From: an uncultured Bdellovibrionales bacterium
GTDB taxonomy: Bacteria > Bdellovibrionota_C > UBA2361 > OMII01
DNA: 64,000 nucleotides
Reading direction: 5' to 3'
Assembly (NCBI GenBank): GCA_964654585.1
Contig: CAZZJR010000002.1
Span: 18,957 to 82,956, forward strand
The notes under the pieces were generated by a model. The model worked only from the letters and a program-made list of their open reading frames with translations, ran no database searches and was not told the origin of the DNA. Numbering within the stretch: the first letter of the stretch is position 1; every line of letters begins with the position of its first letter. The translations under genes and the position numbers were made by a program. Below are positions 47,590 through 55,740 of the stretch, piece after piece.

Positions 47590-48852
47590 CTACCTGATGA
47601 GCGCTATCGTGCCCTTAAGCATCTCACTCGCCGCTGAGAGCACTTGGGAGTTCGCCTGGTATCCGCGCTGGTAGATGACTAGTTCAACAAACTGATTTGC
47701 GATATCGACGTTCGAGCTCTCGAGTGAGTTAGGAGCGAGCTGACCCGAGCCCCCCTGCCCTGCGAGTCCAATCTGCAAGGCGCCCGATTCGGCCGACGTC
47801 GCGAACAGTGCACCGCCTTGTCGCTTTAAGCCATCGACGTTCTGCACCACTGCAACCGGCAAAGTGCCAACTTGTGCCCGATCACCAGACGCTAGCAGCG
47901 CGAATATGCCTCCAGCTGAGTCGATATCGTAGGCGAGAATCTCACCCCCACCCCGACCATCCTGAGTGCTGTTGGTAACACGCGAGCCACCAGCGTACTG
48001 CGTGAATGCCTGCAGGTCGATCGTCAAGTTGCTCGCCGCAGCGCCATTGGACCAGTTGATGGTGCCCTGAATGTTTGCAGTAGGAGCTGCAGCATCGTCG
48101 ATCTGCCCATTTGAATTAAAGTTCAGGACGACTTGCCCGACCTGTACCGGCACGTTCTCGCCGGCGCCCGTTTCTGATCCATTAACGTATGACTGGACTG
48201 TCCACTGGTTGGCCGAGTTTTTAAAGAAACAGACCGTCACGTCGTGACGCTCACCGAGAGAATCATAGACACTCTGTGAAGCAACAAAGGTTGCCGCATT
48301 GTTGATGTCGGCGAAAGTCGATCCGGCTGGAGGCGGTGTAGTGACGGGCAGGCTCGCATCAATATTCCCAAATAGCTCAAGGGTTGTGGTCGCTACAGCC
48401 TGGATATTGACCTGCTCCATGTTAATCGGGACAAGCTGGGCGACATCAGCGCCCTGGTAGCCGAGGACCGGCTCTCCCGCCGCTGTCTGCAGTGCTCCGT
48501 CGGCGGCTATCTGGAAGTTGCCAAGGCGAGTGAGCATAGGGGCTGCAGGGTCCCCAACTAGGAAGAAACCGTTTCCCGTGAGCGCTACATCAAGAGAGCG
48601 TCCTGTGTAGTCCACGGCACCCGCCTCAAAGTTTAGTCGTGTGCGGCGAATAAAGGCTCCGTCTCCAGCACCCGTGCGGGTCTCTGCATTCCTGGAATCC
48701 GCTATTTCACCCATAATGTCGGCGAATTCAGCCCTACCACGCTTGAACGCTGGAGTGCTGGCATTCGAAATGTTGTCGCCCACCACCGCTATTGCCTGTC
48801 CGTGTGCGGTGATGCCTTCTCTGCTAGTATTGATCGCTGATTCGAGTCTCAT
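47590..48852 (-). CDS. flgE: flagellar hook protein
   Basis: N-terminal rod/hook motif (GDNISNASTPAFKR) and a C-terminal SNVDIANQFVELVIYQRGYQANS motif. At about 420 aa its length fits FlgE rather than the rod proteins. Start at ATG 48852. Confidence 0.78.
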   Translation of the reverse strand: MRLESAINTSREGITAHGQAIAVVGDNISNASTPAFKRGRAEFADIMGEIADSRNAETRTGAGDGAFIRRTRLNFEAGAVDYTGRSLDVALTGNGFFLVGDPAAPMLTRLGNFQIAADGALQTAAGEPVLGYQGADVAQLVPINMEQVNIQAVATTTLELFGNIDASLPVTTPPPAGSTFADINNAATFVASQSVYDSLGERHDVTVCFFKNSANQWTVQSYVNGSETGAGENVPVQVGQVVLNFNSNGQIDDAAAPTANIQGTINWSNGAAASNLTIDLQAFTQYAGGSRVTNSTQDGRGGGEILAYDIDSAGGIFALLASGDRAQVGTLPVAVVQNVDGLKRQGGALFATSAESGALQIGLAGQGGSGQLAPNSLESSNVDIANQFVELVIYQRGYQANSQVLSAASEMLKGTIALIR

Positions 48853-48926
48853 CTCGGCGTGCTCTCTTAAACAGAACCTGTCCGCCGGCAATCCTTGCCT
48901 GGTTACAGGTCCCCCGAATTGTGAGG

Positions 48927-48942
48927 TGCAAACCCTCTGCCA
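48927..48942 (-). promoter_or_regulatory. sigma-54 (-24/-12) promoter upstream of flgE
   Basis: The minus strand reads TGGCAGAGGGTTTGCA, against the consensus TGGCAC-N5-TTGCA. GG and GC are correctly spaced. It lies about 75 nt upstream of the flgE ATG. Confidence 0.65.
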
Positions 48943-49067
48943 CACGGAGGGAATCCCCAATTCAGCAACTTACGGAGGTCCTGCCCGGAGAAACATGCCT
49001 GCTGGGGAAGTTTGTACCCTGCAAACACTCCTTGTCGACGAACGGAAGCCACCTGTATAAGACCAGC

Positions 49068-49955
49068 ATGCACGTGCTGCTCTCAGGCGCTTCCGGATTC
49101 CTCGGAAGTGCCTGCGTAGACCTTCTGAAAAGGTTTCCCGAGATCGAACTCTCGGTTGTGCGCGCTTCCCGCGTCGATTGCGTGCTTCCGCTCGGCTCCA
49201 GGGAATTGCTGCTTGCGGATCCGGCTGACTACCACGCCCTGCGACGGCTCGTGGGGACACGGCCTCCGACCCACATTATTCACGTGGCTGGTGTCTCATC
49301 GGCTGCGGTATGTGAGCGTGATCCGCAGCTCGCTCAGCGAGGCAACGTCGCTTTTACTGACTCTCTCGTGCGCCTTGCGGCTGAGTGTGGAGCTCATATC
49401 GTATCGACTTCCACTGATCTTGTGTTCGATGGAGCGACAGCGTGGCAAGGCGGATTCACAGAAGATGCGCAGCCAGCTCCTGCCTCTGTGTACAGCCGGT
49501 CGAAGTACGCAGCTGAACAGATAACGCTGAACCACACGCGTGGCTGTGTTGTCCGATGCTCGCTGTTGTATGGGCACTCCCTCTCTGCATCTCGCGGAGT
49601 TCTCGGTTGGATGGAAGACGCGTTGCATGCCCAGGAGGAACTAATCCTCTTCGAGGATGAGTTTCGAACCCCGATTCATGTTGCCGATGCTGCGCGAGCC
49701 CTTCTGGAGCTAAGTCAGAGGCAGCAAATCGGCATCTGGCATTGCGGGGGCCCTGACCGATTGTCACGGCTTGAGTTTGGGCTGACTGTTGCGGAAAGTC
49801 TCGGGTACAACCCACGCGTCATTCGGTCGGCCACGCGAGCCGATCTGCCTTCACTGCCAGCGCGCCCCGAAGACGTTAGCCTCAACTCTAATAGGCTGTG
49901 GGGGCTGCTGAACTTTCCCCCAAAAACTGTCCACGAAGCCCTTTCGAGCGAGTAA
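49068..49955 (+). CDS. NAD(P)-dependent sugar-nucleotide epimerase/reductase (RfbD/SDR-like)
   Basis: MHVLLSGASGFLGS Rossmann motif, YSRSK (YxxxK) catalytic motif, and RmlD-like length. Start at ATG 49068. Confidence 0.65.
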   Translation: MHVLLSGASGFLGSACVDLLKRFPEIELSVVRASRVDCVLPLGSRELLLADPADYHALRRLVGTRPPTHIIHVAGVSSAAVCERDPQLAQRGNVAFTDSLVRLAAECGAHIVSTSTDLVFDGATAWQGGFTEDAQPAPASVYSRSKYAAEQITLNHTRGCVVRCSLLYGHSLSASRGVLGWMEDALHAQEELILFEDEFRTPIHVADAARALLELSQRQQIGIWHCGGPDRLSRLEFGLTVAESLGYNPRVIRSATRADLPSLPARPEDVSLNSNRLWGLLNFPPKTVHEALSSE

Positions 49956-50099
49956 CCGGGGCCGAAGCAGGACTAAAAACGACTATTACGAGCAACCGCC
50001 TCTAATGGCACCCGAAAGCACTTCCGCCCCATATCGCTATGGTAAGAACTGGGGTGGTGCTATAATCGCCCAAGTCTCACCGAATCGGAGCTAAACTCT

Positions 50100-50483
50100 A
50101 TGCGCTCTCTCTGCTTTACCGTCGTAGCAACACTGGCACTCGCATTCACTACTACCGCTCAGGCTGAGTGCTTCGGCGAGGCCGCAGATGCCTACGGCTG
50201 CGGTATGGCTGGCCCTCAGGAGGGCTCTCTCGTTTCGTTCGGTACACAGGGACAGTCGGTAGTTCCTCGGTACGCACGGGCATCGGGCTCACCCTTCGAC
50301 GGACTCTTCAGCGCTACCGAGCACAGACAGATGCTTCGTGGAATCGTCATAAACAACATGAACGGTGCTCGAGCAGCTTCGAATGCCTTCAATCGCGCAG
50401 TCAACTCGAATGCGCGGGCTCTACGGAAGAGCAACAACAGGCGGGTCAACGTCTATTACGGTGGCTACGGCTACGGTTACTAG
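50100..50483 (+). CDS. hypothetical secreted protein with a Gly/Tyr C-terminus
   Basis: Signal peptide ending AQA|E, a Cys pair (ECFGEAADAYGCG), and a C-terminal YYGGYGYGY. A TGcTATAAT extended -10 lies at 50058..50066. Confidence 0.5.
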   Translation: MRSLCFTVVATLALAFTTTAQAECFGEAADAYGCGMAGPQEGSLVSFGTQGQSVVPRYARASGSPFDGLFSATEHRQMLRGIVINNMNGARAASNAFNRAVNSNARALRKSNNRRVNVYYGGYGYGY

Positions 50484-50517
50484 CTGCCTAGTCCGAAGCA
50501 CTTTACTCACCACTGCC

Positions 50518-52569
50518 CTAATTCCTGGGAGAGTGGCTCTGTAGCCACTCTTGGAGAGCGTCCCCGATATCATCCGGCGTCACTGAGTACTCCCGGCTGC
50601 CCCGAGCGGACTCTCTCTTAAAAGCGTTCAGCCCAGCTTGGTTGCAGATCTCTCGGATATCAGCCGCGCACCTCCCGTCGGTCGAACGCGCTAGGGCCTC
50701 GATATTGACAACACCCTCCAGCGGCAACTTTTTGAGGTACAGCTCGAAAAGCTTTTCGCGAGCCTTACAGTTTGGCAGGGGAACCTCGATGGTCTTGTTC
50801 AAGCGCCCACCTCGCTTTAGCGCAGGATCCACCAGGTCAGCGCGATTTGTGGCAGCAATTACATACACACCCTCACGCTGAACGACTCCATCGATAAGCT
50901 GTAGGAGGTGATTGAGCAGGTTGTCTGAGTGCTGCGCATTGCCCTCGGCTCTGTTCTTCGCAATTGAATCAACCTCGTCGATGAAGATAACAGCTGGGGC
51001 AGCCCGAGCGGCTGCTTTGAAGAGTCGGGTCAGATTCTTCTCTGACTCTCCAACCCACTTCGACACAATGTCGTTGGTTTGGAGCACAAAAAACGCGAGC
51101 TTGGCCTCATTCGCGATGACTTTTGCAATCGTTGTCTTTCCGGTCCCTGGAGGACCATTGAGCAGGATTCCTTTCGGGACTGAGATGCCGTACCGATTCG
51201 CGGTTGCCGGATCTTTTAGTAGCTCTATGACGCTCTTCAGCTCTGTCTCAAGCCCCGGGTCGATAATGATATCGCTCCATGTGAGCTTCTCTATTTTTCC
51301 GTTCATCGCCTCAGGCTTGGATTCCGACTCGATTCGCTCTGCCTCTTCCTCATCCACAGAGAACATCTCCAGAGCGGCCTCGATATCAGCCGAGGATACG
51401 ACTCTCTTGCGCTGGGGCTCTGGAAGCGCCTGTTCTCGTTGATAGGCCTGCAGGCCAGCCTGATTGCAAATCGCTTTGATGTCGGCGCCTGAGCTGCCTT
51501 CGGTGGCTCTTGCCAACGCTTCGATATCGATATCTTGCGCCAGCTTCAATGAGCGAGAGTATACCCGGAAGAGCTTGCGCCTCGACTCCAGATCCGGGAG
51601 CGGAATCTCTATCACTCGATTTAACCGGCCAGCTCGACGCAGGGCTTCATCAACGAGGTCTGCGCGATTGGTGGCCGCTATAATGTAGACTCCTTCGGCT
51701 TTGAGCACACCATCGATCAGTTGCAGCAGGTGATTGAGCAGGTTGTCTCCAGGCGCAGCATCGGCGCCAGATCGCTTCTTTCCGAGCGAATCGATTTCGT
51801 CGATGAAGATAACGGCCGGGGCGTTCTTTGTGGCTGTTTCAAAGAGCTTGGAGAGATTCTTTTCGGAGTCTCCGACCCACTTCGAGACGATTTCATTTGC
51901 TCTCAGTACGAAGAAATTCAGCTGCGCCATCGTCGCCACAGCTTTTGCGATGGTAGTTTTGCCGGTGCCAGGCGGGCCGTTGAAGAGGATGCCCTTCGGT
52001 AACGCAATTCCGTACTGACGCGCATTCTCGGGATTCTTGAGCAGGGTGATCACGGACTGAAGCTCGTCTTTCGTCTGCTGAGATACAATCAGATCGTCCC
52101 ATGCAATCTCATCTACTTCTTCGTTCCGAGCACGCGGCGTAAAACCTGTGCTCTCCTCGGACTGCGGCCCTCGACCGCCGCTGCTACTCTGGGGTGCCTC
52201 ACCAAGTCCGAGTTTCTTTCCGCGAGAAACGGCGAGGAACGCGAGCACAAGCGGCGCGAGGTGCAAGAGCCCCCAACGCAGCTGCTCCCCCTCGCCCGAA
52301 ACTCCGGCGCCATACATGTAGAGTGCCACGGCGAGTGCGAGCAGCCCCGAGACACACTGCAGAAGGAAATCGAAGAACCGAAGCCGCTCGCCTGAATACC
52401 AGAATTGCGCGTGGTAGCCGTAGTACGAGAACGGAAACAGGAAGAGCAGAAGGAGCGTTACCTGCCCCAACCCTCCCCAGCCACTGATTGTATCGTAGAC
52501 CGTTAGCATCCAACTTTGGTTATCGGCCAATCGCGGTGGTTGCTCAAGGGCAACCCGGCAGGACGCCAC
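50518..52569 (-). CDS. membrane-anchored tandem AAA+ ATPase (CDC48/FtsH-type AAA modules, no protease domain)
   Basis: Three to four N-terminal hydrophobic helices, then two complete AAA modules. Each module has GPPGTGKTT (Walker A), VIFIDE(I/V)D (Walker B), the second region of homology (ATNR.DLVD.AL.R.GR) and an SGADI/CAADI lid. Confidence 0.8.
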   Translation of the reverse strand: MASCRVALEQPPRLADNQSWMLTVYDTISGWGGLGQVTLLLLFLFPFSYYGYHAQFWYSGERLRFFDFLLQCVSGLLALAVALYMYGAGVSGEGEQLRWGLLHLAPLVLAFLAVSRGKKLGLGEAPQSSSGGRGPQSEESTGFTPRARNEEVDEIAWDDLIVSQQTKDELQSVITLLKNPENARQYGIALPKGILFNGPPGTGKTTIAKAVATMAQLNFFVLRANEIVSKWVGDSEKNLSKLFETATKNAPAVIFIDEIDSLGKKRSGADAAPGDNLLNHLLQLIDGVLKAEGVYIIAATNRADLVDEALRRAGRLNRVIEIPLPDLESRRKLFRVYSRSLKLAQDIDIEALARATEGSSGADIKAICNQAGLQAYQREQALPEPQRKRVVSSADIEAALEMFSVDEEEAERIESESKPEAMNGKIEKLTWSDIIIDPGLETELKSVIELLKDPATANRYGISVPKGILLNGPPGTGKTTIAKVIANEAKLAFFVLQTNDIVSKWVGESEKNLTRLFKAAARAAPAVIFIDEVDSIAKNRAEGNAQHSDNLLNHLLQLIDGVVQREGVYVIAATNRADLVDPALKRGGRLNKTIEVPLPNCKAREKLFELYLKKLPLEGVVNIEALARSTDGRCAADIREICNQAGLNAFKRESARGSREYSVTPDDIGDALQEWLQSHSPRN
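50548..52107 (-). repeat. intragenic tandem duplication (two AAA modules, period 822 bp / 274 aa)
   Basis: Unit 1 is about 51370..52107 and unit 2 about 50548..51285. An identical 21-mer AGGTGATTGAGCAGGTTGTCT occurs at 50906 and 51728. The protein modules align residue for residue (IAWDDLIVSQQTKDELQSVITLLKNP / LTWSDIIIDPGLETELKSVIELLKDP). Confidence 0.75.
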
Positions 52570-52830
52570 ACCACGAAGTCGATCGATTGCGCTTCCGCCC
52601 CGCAGTCGCGCGATCCCGCTCTTCTTACAGTGTTATTGCGCGCGTTGTGGGAGCGATGCCATTGCGCGGGACAATCAATGTTCTAGAATCTGCCGCCCTA
52701 AAAAGCTGTACTTCGTTGCAAAAAGAGCATTACAAGTACCAGGTATAATTGGCCGCAGGCTTTCAATGGATAGAAAGTGCCAAAAACGTCACATTTGGCT
52801 CCGTTTTACCCATAACAACCAAGATTTAGT

Positions 52831-53745
52831 ATGGGACGCCCAATTCTGTCACAACGTGGTATAGGCGATCTGCAGCGTTCTCTGGAGCGCTTTGAGAGCT
52901 ACAACGACGGGTTCATCCTGCCGGACACGTTCCTGGTAGTGCGCCTGGACGCCCACCGCATGGGTGATTGGGGCGCGCTCAACGCAGAGTACCCGTGCGG
53001 CCCCGCAGTTACAAAGGCTCTTCACACTACCGCTCGCACGCTCATGACCTCAACGTTTCGGTTGCTCGTTGCTTTCGTGCATGGAGACGAGATCTCGCTC
53101 TTACTTGACCCGACAGAGACCCTCAACCCGATGCGGCGGAGCAAGCTGATATCGACGGTTGCTTCCGCGGCAGCGGTTCATTTCATGCAAGCGAGCGGCA
53201 AAGAGGCCCTGTTTGAAGCCCGTCTCAGTGAACTTCCATCTGTTGAGCGAGTGGTAGAGTATTTCTTTTGGCAACGACGCTACTGCTTCCGAAACGCGGT
53301 CACGATAGCGTTGCGCGCCGCTTTAACCTCGTCAGGGCTCTCTGCCGAAGATGCAGAGAAGTTTATTCATGGGGTTTCCGAGCAGGCCCGCCTGGCGAAG
53401 CTGCAAGAGGCTGGAGTCCCGCTAGAGAGCATCGCCCACACGACTCGCCGAGGTGCTCTCTTCTTCTTTGAAACGCTTCTCCATGACGGGCGCGAGCATT
53501 TTCGGCTCAACTCCAACACGACGCTACCAGATGATGACGAGGAGAGTGTGCGGCTTCTTACCCATGTCCTTGAGTCGGCACTCGGAGAAGATTGCCCGGA
53601 GCATGTAGCCCCAGTTGCGCGACGAGAGCCGCCTTCCCCGACGGTTCCTGCCAATTCCGATCAGCAGCCAAAAGCCCCTCAGAGCCGTCAATTTAAAGGC
53701 AACAAGAAGACAAACGTCTCGGTATTCAAGGTCGCCTCGTCCTAG
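52831..53745 (+). CDS. Thg1-like protein (TLP; tRNA 3'-5' nucleotidyltransferase family)
   Basis: Colinear with Thg1: VVRLDA (VVRLDG), FVHGDEISLL (YGQSDEYSF), RRSKLISTVASAAA (RRASKF.T.VAS), and EYFFWQRRYCFRNA (DYL.WRQ.DCH.N). It carries a basic, Pro-rich C-terminal tail of about 60 aa. Confidence 0.7.
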   Translation: MGRPILSQRGIGDLQRSLERFESYNDGFILPDTFLVVRLDAHRMGDWGALNAEYPCGPAVTKALHTTARTLMTSTFRLLVAFVHGDEISLLLDPTETLNPMRRSKLISTVASAAAVHFMQASGKEALFEARLSELPSVERVVEYFFWQRRYCFRNAVTIALRAALTSSGLSAEDAEKFIHGVSEQARLAKLQEAGVPLESIAHTTRRGALFFFETLLHDGREHFRLNSNTTLPDDDEESVRLLTHVLESALGEDCPEHVAPVARREPPSPTVPANSDQQPKAPQSRQFKGNKKTNVSVFKVASS

Positions 53746-53754
53746 GCCACGTCG

Positions 53755-54723
53755 CTACTGAGCGCGAGGCACTCTCACGCGCCAGGCGAGTGTGCTGCGG
53801 TGCTCTGATACCCCTTCAAATAGCTCAAAGCCAATGACCGCCACGTCCTTCGAAACAAACGCGTTATCGAGCGGGAGCCTCACAAACGGTTCGGTCAGGT
53901 CAAATGTCCGAATGAACCCCTGCCCAAACATCACTGAACGCATACTGAGCTGGCGACGGTACATGTTTACGAGCGGTGCGAACGGCGTCGCATTGAAGTT
54001 TCCAACTACAATCCTGGGCTCCTTGCGGTAACGCATCAGTGTCGCAAGCCGTCGTGAGGTGACCTTGCTTGCAAAGAAATCGTCCTGAGAAGCCGCTGGG
54101 ATGAGGTCGAGCGCCCCCAGCAACACCGGGCCAACTTCTGGCACCTTAAGGTTCAAAAAAAGTCCAGGTAATGAATCGAGCCCCAGGCTTACTCGACTCT
54201 CCTCGCTCGGCTCAAATCGAGACAGCACCAGCAATCCAGCTGGCTCGCTCTCAACGACAAACGGATATGCCGGGAGGCTCTCCTGGGCACGCATGAGCTG
54301 CTCGCGTTGACCGACGAGGATGATGATGCCCGGAGCCTGAGCTGAAACGATACCTGCCAGCCGTTGGGCTCCGCCCGGGGTGAAGTCCGTGTGCGACAGC
54401 AGCATCGGAAGGTCTACGCTACGGCTCGACTCAATTGCAGCCCAACGGGAGAAGTGTAGGTAGGGGCTCGCGAGTGCAGACACTCGGTAGACCAGAAAGC
54501 CCTGCACTACCAGCGCATAGAGCAGAATGAGAGAACACGACGCAGTCCGAATACAGCGCCACAGGACTGCGACAAACCCAGCAAGAACCGCAGGCAACCA
54601 GTACAGCGACACACTACAGAGGATGTCTTGAATCCAGAGCCGAGGGTGATTTAGGTGGCAGATTGCAAGAGCTGTGCACACGAGAAGCCACGAAGCCGAT
54701 CCTACGAGACCGATTCTGCTCAT
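53755..54723 (-). CDS. membrane-anchored endonuclease/exonuclease/phosphatase (EEP)-family protein
   Basis: Start at ATG 54723 (MSRIGLVG). Several N-terminal TM helices, then an EEP-like C-terminal half (VVGNFNATP...LDNAFVS...SEHRS). The longer ORF-track call (to 55170) runs through nuoA and the tRNA and is rejected. Confidence 0.55.
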   Translation of the reverse strand: MSRIGLVGSASWLLVCTALAICHLNHPRLWIQDILCSVSLYWLPAVLAGFVAVLWRCIRTASCSLILLYALVVQGFLVYRVSALASPYLHFSRWAAIESSRSVDLPMLLSHTDFTPGGAQRLAGIVSAQAPGIIILVGQREQLMRAQESLPAYPFVVESEPAGLLVLSRFEPSEESRVSLGLDSLPGLFLNLKVPEVGPVLLGALDLIPAASQDDFFASKVTSRRLATLMRYRKEPRIVVGNFNATPFAPLVNMYRRQLSMRSVMFGQGFIRTFDLTEPFVRLPLDNAFVSKDVAVIGFELFEGVSEHRSTLAWRVRVPRAQ

Positions 54724-54752
54724 GCGGTCACCGCAAGCGGGGATAGCCGGGC

Positions 54753-55121
54753 CTACTCGTTCCAGTTGAGAACGCCCTTCTGCCAGACGTAGACCAGACC
54801 AACAACCAGCACCCCCATGAATGAGAGCATCGACCAGAGCGCAAAAGAGCCCATCTGGTCGAGCACGACAGCCCACGGGTACATGAAGATAACTTCGATA
54901 TCGAAGAGGATGAATAGCATTGCGACGAGGTAGAATCGAACGGGGAACCGCTGCTCGCGCACTGAGCCTACAGGGATTCCACCACACTCCCACGGCATCT
55001 GCTTCGTCTTTGTGGGGTTCTTCGGACCGAGGAAGATCGCGAGTAGAACCATCGTGATGAGGAATCCTGCGGCGGCTACGCCGAGCAGCAGCACACCGAG
55101 GTAGGGATCGAGTTGACTCAC
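54753..55121 (-). CDS. nuoA: NADH-quinone oxidoreductase subunit A
   Basis: 122 aa with 3 TM helices. WECGG.P.G....RF.VRFYLVAMLFILFDIEVIFMYPWAVV is the NuoA/ND3 signature. Confidence 0.85.
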   Translation of the reverse strand: MSQLDPYLGVLLLGVAAAGFLITMVLLAIFLGPKNPTKTKQMPWECGGIPVGSVREQRFPVRFYLVAMLFILFDIEVIFMYPWAVVLDQMGSFALWSMLSFMGVLVVGLVYVWQKGVLNWNE

Positions 55122-55139
55122 AAAGCCTCACACAAAAAA

Positions 55140-55213
55140 CGCACCCGAGAGGATTCGAACCTCTGACCACCCACTTAGAAGGCGGGTGCTCTATCCAACT
55201 GAGCTACGGGTGC
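55140..55213 (-). tRNA. tRNA-Arg (anticodon UCU)
   Basis: The reverse complement folds as a cloverleaf: acceptor GCACCCG/CGGGTGC, D arm GCTC-AGTTGGATA-GAGC, anticodon arm CCCGC-CTTCTAA-GTGGG, T arm AGAGG-TTCGAAT-CCTCT. CCA is not encoded. It is followed by a T-run. Confidence 0.93.
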
Positions 55214-55740
55214 ACAGTGATCGCTGTGCTACTGGCCACCGCATCGAGTGAGACGCGGCGCAGCAGCTCGACCTCGGCGGACAGCGCCGAGTCATGCGGA
55301 ACAATACCACGCGACTCCACCTACGGGGACCCGCATCGTTCCTGCAAGGACCGGCAGCGTAGTCCATGCGAGTTGTAGGCTCAACTCGCTACGTAATGAA
55401 CAATCCACCGGCCGAGTAAAAAAATCATGCCAATCCGCTGTAGAAATGCCTTCCCGAGCTCCTTCAGCCAGCGCCCGCGAGGTGATGCACCCCAAACGGA
55501 AAACTCACTTACAACCGACTCGAACACGCGATAGGCTTCCACTTTCGTCTACGATCCTCACGTGAAATCAGCATGTTAGGTTTTGTTATGCATCACCCTG
55601 AAGCAGATTTTCCAAAACTAAAGATTATAGGATAGAACACCTCCGAACCAGGCTGACCAGCAAGGGAGGCGGGTATGCCCCGACTTTGATTGGAAAGTGT
55701 TCGGAATGGTTTTTAGGTAGGGACCCAGCAAGGTCATCGC

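Noticed and set aside
53755-55170. A 471-aa ORF in the supplied track that spans the EEP-like gene, nuoA and the tRNA-Arg.
   Set aside because: Its N-terminal 149 codons run in another frame through a clear nuoA gene and across a tRNA. The real gene starts at the internal ATG 54723. Long spurious extensions like this are expected in GC-rich DNA.
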